This document shows, piece by piece, positions 1 through 8,599 of a DNA stretch of 37,502 bases (positions are counted from its first letter, which is position 1; the number at the start of each line of letters is the position of its first letter). A model generated the notes under the pieces. That model made no database searches. It worked only from the letters and a program-made list of their open reading frames with translations, and was not told the origin of the DNA. The DNA comes from Nitrospinota bacterium. GTDB lineage: Bacteria; Nitrospinota; Nitrospinia; Nitrospinales; VA-1. The stretch covers positions 1 to 37,502 of the forward strand of contig JAYNIA010000023.1 in assembly GCA_038108555.1 (NCBI GenBank), in the 5' to 3' direction. Both the position numbers and the translations under genes were made by a program.

Positions 1-836
1 TCGTCCTCTTCCTCTTCTTCGTCTTCATCATCGCCACCACCTTCTTCGGCAGGGGCTTCTGCTTCTTCCTCAGCAGGTGCTTCAGCTGGTTCGGGTTCTG
101 CGGCTGGTTCAGGCTCTGCTGCAGGTTCTTCAGCGGGGGCGGGCTCCTCTTCCGCTGGAGCAGCCTCCTCAGCGTGGGTTTCTTCTGCATGAGCCGGTTC
201 CTCTGCATGAGCGGGCTCTTCTACAGGGGCAGCAGGAGCTGCTGGCGCTTCCTCAAGGCTAACGGTTCCGGCAGGCATTTTATCACCACTGGGTCCCGCA
301 CCTAATTCCACAAGGAGGGACTCAATTTCAGTAACAACTTGATCGGACTTGGCTTTCACCCTGGCGGAATTACCCATGGACATTTCCTGTACTGTTACCA
401 GGGCACGTTTCAATTCCATAACAGCCATAATGCGTTCATAGTTTCCAATCTTGCTGTCAAGGCCTGCGATATCCTGATTAACCTTTGCAATGCTGTCATC
501 TACATGCTTTTTAAGCGGTGCAATTTTTTCTTCAAGGCTCGTAACCGCTCCATCCACATCGACCACTCGCGTATCAAGGTCACGGACAAAGAACAGAATA
601 AAAATTATAGCTAGGGCAGCCATTCCAAAACCAAGGAAGGCAACTGCCTTTAACATATTCATTTCTTCTTTTTGCGGGTCTAATTTATCCACTGGCTTAT
701 TGAATTCGGCTTCTTCATTCACGTTATCTTTAGATTCTCCCTGTGCGTAATAACTGCTGGCATCTTCTTTTTCTTCCCTCTTAATCTCTTCCAATCTATC
801 AGCAGGGCTGCCTTCTTTTCCTTGATCTTCCGTCAT
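1..836 (-). CDS. Hypothetical single-pass membrane protein with coiled coil and acidic Pro/Ala/Glu-rich tail (3' end runs off the window)
   Basis: Translated by hand; absent from the ORF track because no stop lies in the window. ATG at 836 with AAGG upstream. Reads MTEDQGKEGSPADRLEEIK...LKAVAFLGFGMAALAIIFILFFVRDLD (TM)...helical region...EEPAHAEEPAHAEETHAEE...AEPEPAAEPEP...GGGDDEDEEEEED, open to base 1. Confidence 0.85.
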   Translation of the reverse strand, partial: MTEDQGKEGSPADRLEEIKREEKEDASSYYAQGESKDNVNEEAEFNKPVDKLDPQKEEMNMLKAVAFLGFGMAALAIIFILFFVRDLDTRVVDVDGAVTSLEEKIAPLKKHVDDSIAKVNQDIAGLDSKIGNYERIMAVMELKRALVTVQEMSMGNSARVKAKSDQVVTEIESLLVELGAGPSGDKMPAGTVSLEEAPAAPAAPVEEPAHAEEPAHAEETHAEEAAPAEEEPAPAEEPAAEPEPAAEPEPAEAPAEEEAEAPAEEGGGDDEDEEEEED

Positions 837-1010
837 AATTAACCTTTAAATATAAAAATTCAGCTGATTTACAATCTATCCATTACCCCGATCTCATTTA
901 AATCGTTTATAATCGATAGTGAGATTAATATGAGGGTGGGAATTGTCCGCCTAACTAGTGTAGCTTTTGACTCTAAATGCTCCGGTATTAAACTGAAACA
1001 GAGAGAAAAA

Positions 1011-1961
1011 ATGAAGCCTGATAGTACAAGTGCAGCCCTTATTTTGTCAAGAAAAATAAGGGGTATTTTCTGGCTGGTTTTGGGAATTATTTTAATGGGA
1101 TCGGCACCCGCTAAAATCTCGCAAACCCAAGTAATTCCAGAACTATTAATGACTCCTGAAATCCTGATAAATATTCCCCAGGATGAGAAAGTCATCATTG
1201 ATACACGCTCAAAACTCAAATTTCTTTTGGGACATATCCCCGGAGCAATCAACTTTAACAGCTGGCAGGATTTCACCACTAAAAAAGATGGAATTGCGGG
1301 GCTGCTAATTGAAAACAAAGCTGTTGTTTCCAATTGGTTTTCTAAAGCAGGTATCAGCCCAAAACAATCCATAATTATTTATGGCGACCCGGAAAATCCA
1401 TGGAGAACCGATGGACGATTCTTCTGGATGTTTGAACGCTATGGTTTCAAACAAGTTGCCATTTTGGAAGGAGGATTGGCCGCCTGGAAAAAAAGTGGTG
1501 GAACCGTGGAAAAAGGGTTCCAGAAAAAGCGCAAAAACACTCAATTAAACCCGGAAGATATCAACCTAACACCTGAAGTAATTGCCGATAAATATTTAAT
1601 AAAAAAGGTTTTAAATGATAAGGGATTCGTGTTTATTGACAACCGGACTCAGAAGGAATATTTGGGTTCGACACCTTATGGGTCCACCCGAGGGGGTCAC
1701 ATCCCAAACGCCATTCATATCCACTGGCCGGACTTTTTCAACAAGAACGGAACATTGAAGTCCCTAACTGATTTATCTCTACTGCTGAATCAAAATGGAA
1801 TTGAACCTCATCAGGAGGTGATCGTTTATTGCACCGGAGGGGTTCGCTCTGCAATGGCCTATTTCGTTTTTCGATATTTGGGCTTTAAAGTCCGTAATTA
1901 TGATGGCTCCTGGTGGGATTGGAGCCATGACCACAACCTACCAATAGAAACCAGCGGATGA
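1011..1961 (+). CDS. Tandem-domain rhodanese / sulfurtransferase with N-terminal hydrophobic segment (probably exported)
   Basis: GHIPGA and GGHIPNA rhodanese signatures; active-site loop YCTGGVRS; C-terminal NYDGSWWDW. RKIRGIFWLVLGIILMGSAPA resembles a signal peptide. Start uncertain (930 in the ORF track, 1011 or slightly later more likely). Confidence 0.9.
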   Translation: MKPDSTSAALILSRKIRGIFWLVLGIILMGSAPAKISQTQVIPELLMTPEILINIPQDEKVIIDTRSKLKFLLGHIPGAINFNSWQDFTTKKDGIAGLLIENKAVVSNWFSKAGISPKQSIIIYGDPENPWRTDGRFFWMFERYGFKQVAILEGGLAAWKKSGGTVEKGFQKKRKNTQLNPEDINLTPEVIADKYLIKKVLNDKGFVFIDNRTQKEYLGSTPYGSTRGGHIPNAIHIHWPDFFNKNGTLKSLTDLSLLLNQNGIEPHQEVIVYCTGGVRSAMAYFVFRYLGFKVRNYDGSWWDWSHDHNLPIETSG

Positions 1962-2284
1962 CGGAATTCACTCAGATTGCAAAATTAATAGACATTCCTC
2001 CAGGAGGGAGAAAGCGGGTTGAGTTTAATGGAGAGCGTGTGAGTATTTTTAATATCCAGGGGGAGCTGTTTGCGATTTTTGATACCTGCCCCCACAAAAA
2101 AACCGCCCCTCTAATCCGTGGAACACTGAGCGGCAATGGGGTTAAATGCCCCAATCACGGATACCTGTTTGATTTAAAAACGGGGAAATGCGACCGTGGA
2201 GAACGCTGGAATACCCGGGTCTTTCCCCTGAAAGTGGAAGGCGAAAATATACTCCTGGGTCCCTGCTCCAACGGAGAAAACTAG
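1958..2284 (+). CDS. Small Rieske [2Fe-2S] ferredoxin (NirD/dioxygenase ferredoxin-like)
   Basis: CPH...CPNH Rieske ligand motifs and FDLKTG. The ATGA overlap with the rhodanese stop suggests translational coupling. Confidence 0.9.
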   Translation: MTEFTQIAKLIDIPPGGRKRVEFNGERVSIFNIQGELFAIFDTCPHKKTAPLIRGTLSGNGVKCPNHGYLFDLKTGKCDRGERWNTRVFPLKVEGENILLGPCSNGEN

Positions 2285-2667
2285 TGGGACCCCTCGTCAT
2301 GCTCATGGCTATGTGAGGAACCTTCTTCCCGATGGCCACCCCCTGATCCCTCTGCCATTGGCATACTTGCAGGTCGACCTAAAGATTCATTCCCATGTTT
2401 TAAAGCTTCATTATAATGTTTAATGGCTTCCTTGGCATGCTGAATTGCTACAGGACCGTGGGTTTTTAATTCCTCACTGGCATCTTGCATTTTCAAGCTG
2501 AACTCATAATGTTTAATCATTTCCTGCAAATGCAAATAGCCCTCTTCCCCATGCCCTAACCCAACACTGGCATGACCTCCTGATTGAGCCCAAACCGGGT
2601 TGGCAAAAAAAACTACAGCAACCAAACAAAGGCCAACTATGATCTTAGCTTGTATATCCTGAATCAT
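2281..2667 (-). CDS. SmbP-like small periplasmic His-rich metal-binding protein
   Basis: Signal peptide ending ANPVWA. His every 7th residue in two blocks. GHGEEGYLH and VAIQHAKEAIKH resemble Nitrosomonas SmbP segments. His-rich tail. GGAG upstream of ATG 2667 favours it over 2679. Confidence 0.75.
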   Translation of the reverse strand: MIQDIQAKIIVGLCLVAVVFFANPVWAQSGGHASVGLGHGEEGYLHLQEMIKHYEFSLKMQDASEELKTHGPVAIQHAKEAIKHYNEALKHGNESLGRPASMPMAEGSGGGHREEGSSHSHEHDEGSH

Positions 2668-2769
2668 TTTATTCTCCATAAATTACTTATTATATTTCCT
2701 GACTATAGGAATAATACTGATAATATCTGCCAATAAAATGAACTTGTCAACTGCAAGAAGATTCCCCCC

Positions 2770-2802
2770 AAAAAAAAATCCCCGGAAAAAATTCCGGGGA
2801 TT
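2770..2802 (-). terminator. Rho-independent terminator after fliE
   Basis: Stem AATCCCCGGAA (2777-2787) / TTCCGGGGATT (2792-2802) with a 4-nt loop, followed on the minus strand by a U run. Confidence 0.85.
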
Positions 2803-2828
2803 CTTGGGGATGATCTATTTGGGTTTAG

Positions 2829-3146
2829 TTACACTTGCAGTCTCATAACCTCCTGATAAGCTTCTACCATTTTATTCCTCACCTGCATGGTCAAGCGAAA
2901 CGCAAGGTCCGCCTTTCCAACTGCTATCATGGTTTCATGGATGTTTCGTGTATCGCCGGTAACGAAGTCCTGAATGGCAACATCCGCTTCCTTTTGAAGC
3001 GTGTTTACCTTGTCTAAAGATTGCGCAAGGGTATCAGCAAAGGACGGACCGTCCGTTCCTTTAGTCTCGCCGGGGCTCTTGAGCCCTTTTGACGGGCCGA
3101 CTCCCTGAAGCGCTTTAAGATTACTTGAAAGAGTAATGTCTTTCAT
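2829..3146 (-). CDS. fliE: Flagellar hook-basal body protein FliE
   Basis: SFADTL...VNTLQ...IHETMIA...QVRNKMVEAYQEVMRLQV, the FliE C-terminal signature. Confidence 0.95.
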   Translation of the reverse strand: MKDITLSSNLKALQGVGPSKGLKSPGETKGTDGPSFADTLAQSLDKVNTLQKEADVAIQDFVTGDTRNIHETMIAVGKADLAFRLTMQVRNKMVEAYQEVMRLQV

Positions 3147-3215
3147 AATTTTCCAGTTTACCTAAATTTTTCTTCCAATAAATTATATCAAATTTAATCA
3201 AGCATTAAATTTTAA

Positions 3216-3638
3216 TTATTGAGCCTGTTCGGTGATTGCCGCCCTGACTGTGGACCCACGTTTCAACATCAATTGAATGGTAGCATTGTAGACAATCTGG
3301 TTTTCCGCCAGTTTAGCCATTTCTTTGTCCACATCCACATTATTGCCATTGGATTTTGCGGCATCCTCTTCTTCCATAGGTCTTGCGGTCAAACTGCTAA
3401 TATTGGAACTTTTGGGGCCAAAATGCTTCTCATTGGTGGCCTGAAGCTTCAACTGGCCTTTGGAACCTAATGCGTCCCTTAATTGTCCCTGGAAATCGAT
3501 ATCATTGGCCTTATAACCGGGAGTATCCAAATTCCCAATATTTGAAGAAATAACGCTTTGTCTGGACGACATCAAGTCCAGACTTTTCTTCATTAGTTTT
3601 GGGGCCGTATTTGAAAATAGCAGTTTGTCAATTAACAT
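3216..3638 (-). CDS. flgB: Flagellar basal-body rod protein FlgB
   Basis: ISSNIGNLDTPGYKANDIDF and NGNNVDVDKEMAKLAENQIVY. AGGAG RBS 7 nt upstream of ATG 3638. Confidence 0.95.
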   Translation of the reverse strand: MLIDKLLFSNTAPKLMKKSLDLMSSRQSVISSNIGNLDTPGYKANDIDFQGQLRDALGSKGQLKLQATNEKHFGPKSSNISSLTARPMEEEDAAKSNGNNVDVDKEMAKLAENQIVYNATIQLMLKRGSTVRAAITEQAQ

Positions 3639-3665
3639 CACACATCTCCTTTTCCCTCTCTTTTA

Positions 3666-3681
3666 AGCAAAACCTATGCCA
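3666..3681 (-). promoter_or_regulatory. Sigma-54 (-24/-12) promoter of flgB-fliE
   Basis: Minus strand TGGCATAGGTTTTGCT has the GG-N10-GC spacing and closely matches TGGCAC-N5-TTGCW, just upstream of the flgB RBS. Confidence 0.8.
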
Positions 3682-3760
3682 TAGGGAAAATCACATAGAA
3701 TCGGCCAACCAACATCTTTAAATTATTATTTTTATAAGGTTTATTAGTTTAACCCTATAT

Positions 3761-3835
3761 CGTCTTTTATGACGGAAAAGTTGACGGCAAAGGGGAAAGG
3801 GCCAAAATTTCCGCATCTTAGAAAGAAATTTCCCG
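3761..3835. promoter_or_regulatory. Candidate upstream activator sequences (four related 14-mers)
   Basis: CGTCTTTTATGACG (3761), CGGAAAAGTTGACG (3773), GGCCAAAATTTCCG (3800) and AAAGAAATTTCCCG (3822), lying 80-155 bp upstream of the -24 element across an AT-rich spacer. Confidence 0.4.
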
Positions 3836-3925
3836 TTAGCAATAAAGTTTAATCCCTGTTTCTAATCAGCTCTATAGTATAATAATTAGCCAACTGTGTG
3901 AAATTTTTACTCATTTTATCCTGAT

Positions 3926-6727
3926 ATGTCTCTGCAAAATTTAAAAAATTCAATATCCAAACTCGGCAAGGAAAGCCTTTTTGAAATACTCCACCTGGCC
4001 GGTTCCCAATTAAAAGAGCTTTATAACTGCAAAATGGTGCGGGTAAATCTTGAAGATTTATACGAAGGGATGCTGGTTTGCGAATATGTCAGTGGCCAGA
4101 GTCGTCCGGAGCCCATCACAAAGTTCATTTCCCCGGAGGCCTCTGTAATTTCTCAGGCCTTTTTAAATAATGAAATCGTCCTGTCCTGGAAATTACCTGG
4201 AGGTTTTGCAAAGGTTCAAAACCCTTTCGAAAAACTTTCAGAAATTAAAGCTACGGCTGTATTTCCTATCGCCCACCAATTTCGTCCCATTGGAACCCTG
4301 AGTCTGGATTGGGGAGAAGAAGGAGAATTTCTCAATGAAGAACAGCTAAAGGATATTTCAAATTTCCTTGCGGAAATCAGCGCTGTTCTTGATAGGGCTA
4401 AAAGGTTTCACCAGAAAATATCTTTTTCCAGACATTTGGATTTGGCACGAAAAAAGGAAGCCGCATGGCAAATGATGCGGTCGGCGGTTCAACTGATTGA
4501 CAAGCTGGCATTGGCATCGGTTTGGGTGCCCTTCCCCATTCAAAATCCAAAATCGCAAACCGCTGAACCCAGTGACCGAGTGGAAATTCTGGCGGCGTTT
4601 TCTAAAAATAAAGAAGATACCCTCATATATAACAACCGCGAACAAATAAATATTCATAAGAAAAACCTGATTAACCGAATTGTCGTTTTTGATCCATCGA
4701 TGGGACTGAAGGCCAAGAATCAAAATCAAAAAGCGGTGTATATCGAAGATGTGATGAGTGAAAGCTTCAGCCGGAAATCAGTGGCCCAACAAATAGACCT
4801 TGTCTCGCTTTATCAGGTTCCCAAAATGAATCCTGAGACGGGTCAATTGATATGTGTGGTCAATTACTACACCAACACAACTCATAATTTCACTGACTTT
4901 GAAAAACGCCTTCTTGAAAACCACGCATCCATGGTGGAGAAAATTATTCTGGAGGAAAACCCGGAACATATTGAAATCGAGGTATTGGGAGAAATTGAAG
5001 AATTATTATCTGATACCTCTGACACCCTTCAACCCTTCCTGCAAAATATTCTGGCGAAAACTTCCGAGTTGATTGGTGCTGATTCTGGAACCATTTCCAT
5101 CACCAAGTTAATCGATGGCCGCCCCTGGTTGATTGTTGAAGATGAAACAGGACAGTTGGTGGGGGCGAAGTCACGGGGCTGGATGAAAAGCAAAATTCCA
5201 CCGCTTCCTGTAGGAGGTGAAGAAATCCCCTTCGAACAAAGGTCTTTAAATGGCTATGTTGCCCATACCGCTCGATCGGCCCTGGTGGCAAATGTAGAAA
5301 ATGAAGAAAACGGGTTCTATAAAAGCCTTTCCGAACAAATTAAATCTGAACTGGCAGTTCCTATCATCCACGGAAATCGTGTTTTAGGTGTTATTAATCA
5401 GGATAGTTTCCAAAAACATTTTTTCACCCAGGAACATCAGAAAATTCTCCAGATCATTTCAAGCCTGATCAGCCAGAAAGTATACAACCTCAAGCAAATA
5501 GAAATTTTAAAGCAGGAAATCGGCCAACTTCGCCAGGACATTGAATATCGCGATCCAAAAGTTTCCTCTTATCATTTTGGAAACGTTATTGGAAAAAGTA
5601 AAAACGTAAGCTCACTGGTTTTCCAGATTCATACCGTGGTCGAGTCCATATGCAATCGAATGCTAAACTGGGAGAAAAGGCAACTGCAGGAAACGGTGAC
5701 CGGTCTCCCCTGCCTTCTCATTCAGGGACAAACCGGTTCTGGAAAAGAATTTTTTTTCAATAATATTTATTCCCACCTGAATGAAATTTTTCAAAAAGAA
5801 AAAGGTCCCGCTTTTAAGTTGCCATTGAGAAAAACAAATATCGCTGCCTATAGTGGAGAGCTTACCTACAGCGAACTGTTTGGACATAAAAAAGGTGCTT
5901 ATACAGGAGCTGAATTTAACCGGCAGGGAATATTGGAAGAAGCCAATGGCGGAATCGTATTCCTAGATGAAATCGGTGATGCTGACCCCAAAACACAGGT
6001 CCAACTTTTGAGATTCCTCGATACCGGAGTGTTTATGCGGTTGGGCGAAAACCAGCCCCGCTATTCCAGAATTTTCCTGATTGCTGCAACCAATAAAAAT
6101 TTACAAAACGAAATCTCTGCAGGACGATTCCGGGAAGACCTTTATCACCGCCTGAGCGCCCTTAGTTTTCAAATTCCAAGTTTGAATGACCGCATTGAAG
6201 ACATAGAAGACCTTGCCACTCATTTCCTGGGTATTCTATTTAACAGTTACAGGAAGGAAGGCAGTGATAGCCCACCCCAATTGGAAAAAGAAGCCGTCGA
6301 TTACCTGAGACAACATCATTACCGGGGAAATGTAAGGGAACTGAAGAATATTCTTTTGAGAGCCATATTATTTAGAAAGAGCCCGAACATCACGAGGCAG
6401 GAAATCATCCAAGCCTGCAACCAGGAACCCGGTTCAGCAGAACCCATAGCCCATGATTTTATTGAAACCCTGCTGGACCAATTTGATAGTGGAGATGCCA
6501 ATTTCTGGTCGGACATTCACCAGCCTTTTAAGAACAGCCTGATGACTCGGGACACTGCAAAATCTCTAATACTGGCAGCCAAAAAAAGATATCAAACCAA
6601 TTTACCCGGTCTTGCAGTCAAGCTGGGAGCCTGTACCGACCGCAACCACATAGAAACGGATGAAAGGAAAAAATTTCTCAGCTTCAAAAACTTCCTTTAT
6701 AAAACGGTAAAAATATCTTCAAACTAA
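3926..6727 (+). CDS. Sigma-54 enhancer-binding protein with multiple N-terminal GAF-like domains
   Basis: Walker A GQTGSGKE, ELFGHKKGAYTGA, Walker B VFLDEIGD, FREDLYHRL and YRGNVRELKN. GAF-like segments include AVFPIAHQFRPIGTLSLD and SELAVPIIHGNRVLGVINQDS...FFTQEHQKIL. C-terminal HTH is degenerate. Confidence 0.9.
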   Translation: MSLQNLKNSISKLGKESLFEILHLAGSQLKELYNCKMVRVNLEDLYEGMLVCEYVSGQSRPEPITKFISPEASVISQAFLNNEIVLSWKLPGGFAKVQNPFEKLSEIKATAVFPIAHQFRPIGTLSLDWGEEGEFLNEEQLKDISNFLAEISAVLDRAKRFHQKISFSRHLDLARKKEAAWQMMRSAVQLIDKLALASVWVPFPIQNPKSQTAEPSDRVEILAAFSKNKEDTLIYNNREQINIHKKNLINRIVVFDPSMGLKAKNQNQKAVYIEDVMSESFSRKSVAQQIDLVSLYQVPKMNPETGQLICVVNYYTNTTHNFTDFEKRLLENHASMVEKIILEENPEHIEIEVLGEIEELLSDTSDTLQPFLQNILAKTSELIGADSGTISITKLIDGRPWLIVEDETGQLVGAKSRGWMKSKIPPLPVGGEEIPFEQRSLNGYVAHTARSALVANVENEENGFYKSLSEQIKSELAVPIIHGNRVLGVINQDSFQKHFFTQEHQKILQIISSLISQKVYNLKQIEILKQEIGQLRQDIEYRDPKVSSYHFGNVIGKSKNVSSLVFQIHTVVESICNRMLNWEKRQLQETVTGLPCLLIQGQTGSGKEFFFNNIYSHLNEIFQKEKGPAFKLPLRKTNIAAYSGELTYSELFGHKKGAYTGAEFNRQGILEEANGGIVFLDEIGDADPKTQVQLLRFLDTGVFMRLGENQPRYSRIFLIAATNKNLQNEISAGRFREDLYHRLSALSFQIPSLNDRIEDIEDLATHFLGILFNSYRKEGSDSPPQLEKEAVDYLRQHHYRGNVRELKNILLRAILFRKSPNITRQEIIQACNQEPGSAEPIAHDFIETLLDQFDSGDANFWSDIHQPFKNSLMTRDTAKSLILAAKKRYQTNLPGLAVKLGACTDRNHIETDERKKFLSFKNFLYKTVKISSN

Positions 6728-6730
6728 TAT

Positions 6731-6997
6731 TCATGAAAACTCCTTATAGGCCTCCAAAATCCGGTTTCGTAAAATGGATTGAAATGCTTCTTCCTTAAAC
6801 TCGATCTGGTCGTAGTATTTGCCGTCCTTTCCCTTTTTAGAGGGCATACCAATAAATAAACCTCCAGTTTTCGAGGCCAAAATTCGGAAGCCTTTTAATA
6901 GGACCAGATCATCCAAAACCACATCGGCATAAGCTCGCAAAGAACCTGCGGGGGTACCGGGGTCAAAGGGATAAATTTTTACTGAGGTAATTTCCAT
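6731..6997 (-). CDS. spoVG: SpoVG family nucleic-acid-binding protein
   Basis: MEITSVKI...LRAYADVVLDD...GLFIGMPSKKGKDGKYYD...ILEAY matches the SpoVG pattern. Confidence 0.9.
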   Translation of the reverse strand: MEITSVKIYPFDPGTPAGSLRAYADVVLDDLVLLKGFRILASKTGGLFIGMPSKKGKDGKYYDQIEFKEEAFQSILRNRILEAYKEFS

Positions 6998-7031
6998 ATT
7001 GTTTCAGGTTTATAATCCGAGGCAATGGGCG

Positions 7032-7059
7032 TTGACCTTCTAATATAATCTGCTAAACT
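7032..7059 (+). promoter_or_regulatory. Candidate sigma-70 promoter for ahcY
   Basis: TTGACC-N16-TAAACT with an extended-10 TG. Confidence 0.45.
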
Positions 7060-7223
7060 AAACAGTGTATCTTCCGATACACATCTGAGCTCTCAATTCA
7101 GGGGGTATTCATATTATCTTCAGAATATCGTCCCTAGATACCGATATCATTTTATTGTTTATTCTACATTCTAAAAATCTAATTTTTCTTAATTTTCATA
7201 ACAACATTTCAAAGGAGTAATAC

Positions 7224-8531
7224 ATGTCAACGACGGCTGTCGCTGAAAAGTACAAAGTAAAAGATATTTCATTGGCTGATTGGGGCCGCAAGGAAATAAT
7301 TTTAGCGGAAAATGAAATGCCCGGTCTAATGGCCCTTCGGGAAAAATACGGGGCCGAAAAACCCCTGAAAGGAGCTCGTATTGCAGGCTCCCTTCATATG
7401 ACAATCCAAACAGCTGTTTTGATCGAAACCCTGATAGAGCTGGGAGCAGAGGTTCGCTGGGCATCCTGTAATATTTTTTCAACTCAGGATCATGCGGCAG
7501 CAGCCATCGCAAAAGCAGGTATTCCTGTTTTCGCCTGGAAAGAAGAGACGGAAGAAGAGTATTGGTGGTGTACTGGTCAAACTCTGTTATTCGATAACGA
7601 CCAGGGTCCCAATATGATTCTCGATGATGGTGGAGACTTAACCGCCTATGTCCATGAAAAACATCCTGAACTATTGGCGGAAATTAAGGGAATAACGGAA
7701 GAAACAACAACAGGAGTACACAACCTGTACAAAATGATCGAAAAAAATTCACTCAAAGTTCCAGCAATGAACGTGAATGATTCGGTTACAAAATCCAAAT
7801 TCGATAATCTTTATGGTTGCCGGGAATCTTTAGCGGACGGTATCAAGCGAGCCACGGATATCATGATCGCCGGTAAGGTCGTTGTAGTTGCGGGTTATGG
7901 GGATGTGGGCAAAGGTTGTGCAGACTCCATGCGAGGTTTGGGCGCACGAGTCGTTGTGACAGAAATCGATCCTATTTGTGCCCTTCAGGCGGCAATGGAA
8001 GGCTATGAGGTCACTACGATGGAAGAAGCCGTTCAAGAGGGAGATATTTTTGTAACTACCACAGGTTGCGCAGATATTGTCTGCATCGATCATATGGAAA
8101 AAATGAAGAACGATGCGATCGTTTGTAATATCGGCCACTTCGATATTGAAATTCAAGTCGACGCTCTCAATAATTTTCCCGGAATCAAGAAAGATGTGAT
8201 CAAGCCGCAGGTTGATAAATACACCTTCCCTGACGGTCATTGCATTATCCTGTTGGCAGAAGGACGCCTTGTTAACCTGGGTTGTGCCACCGGGCATCCC
8301 TCTTTCGTAATGTCCAATTCATTTACCAACCAGGTACTTGCTCAAATCGAATTGTACAATAAGAAATACGAAGTGGGTGTCTACACCCTGCCCAAAATTC
8401 TTGATGAAGAAGTCGCACGACTTCATCTTGAAAAACTGGGGGTCAAATTGACGACTCTAACCGATAAGCAGGCAGCCTATTTGAACGTTCCTAAAGAAGG
8501 CCCGTATAAACCGGAGCATTATCGGTATTAA
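7224..8531 (+). CDS. ahcY: S-adenosylhomocysteine hydrolase
   Basis: [76 protein letters not shown] and KPEHYRY; AAGGAG RBS. Confidence 0.98.
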   Translation: MSTTAVAEKYKVKDISLADWGRKEIILAENEMPGLMALREKYGAEKPLKGARIAGSLHMTIQTAVLIETLIELGAEVRWASCNIFSTQDHAAAAIAKAGIPVFAWKEETEEEYWWCTGQTLLFDNDQGPNMILDDGGDLTAYVHEKHPELLAEIKGITEETTTGVHNLYKMIEKNSLKVPAMNVNDSVTKSKFDNLYGCRESLADGIKRATDIMIAGKVVVVAGYGDVGKGCADSMRGLGARVVVTEIDPICALQAAMEGYEVTTMEEAVQEGDIFVTTTGCADIVCIDHMEKMKNDAIVCNIGHFDIEIQVDALNNFPGIKKDVIKPQVDKYTFPDGHCIILLAEGRLVNLGCATGHPSFVMSNSFTNQVLAQIELYNKKYEVGVYTLPKILDEEVARLHLEKLGVKLTTLTDKQAAYLNVPKEGPYKPEHYRY

Positions 8532-8544
8532 TCAAGTAAAATAC

Positions 8545-8583
8545 AAAAGCCGACCTTCCCTAATGGGAGGTCGGCTTTTTTTT
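8545..8583. terminator. Bidirectional rho-independent terminator between convergent ahcY and oleB
   Basis: AAAAGCCGACCTTCCC-TAAT-GGGAGGTCGGCTTTTTTTT: GC-rich stem flanked by A and T tracts. Confidence 0.9.
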
Positions 8584-8599
8584 ATGGTTTAATTCAACT

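Noticed and set aside
77..750. Three short plus-strand ORFs
   Set aside because: Shadows of the minus-strand acidic membrane protein gene (1-836).
2711..2750. MerR-type or Fur-type metal-responsive promoter for the SmbP-like gene (TTGACA-N19-TATTAT, ATAATA repeats)
   Set aside because: The 19-bp spacer lacks the dyad expected of MerR operators, and the Fur-like hexamers are weak in an AT-rich background.
7000..7223. SAH or SAM riboswitch upstream of ahcY
   Set aside because: No recognisable conserved riboswitch core by eye; only a palindrome, reported separately.
7224..8531. Short (insertion-less, eukaryote-like length) AhcY as evidence of gene transfer
   Set aside because: Short forms are known in several bacterial groups, so length alone is not informative.
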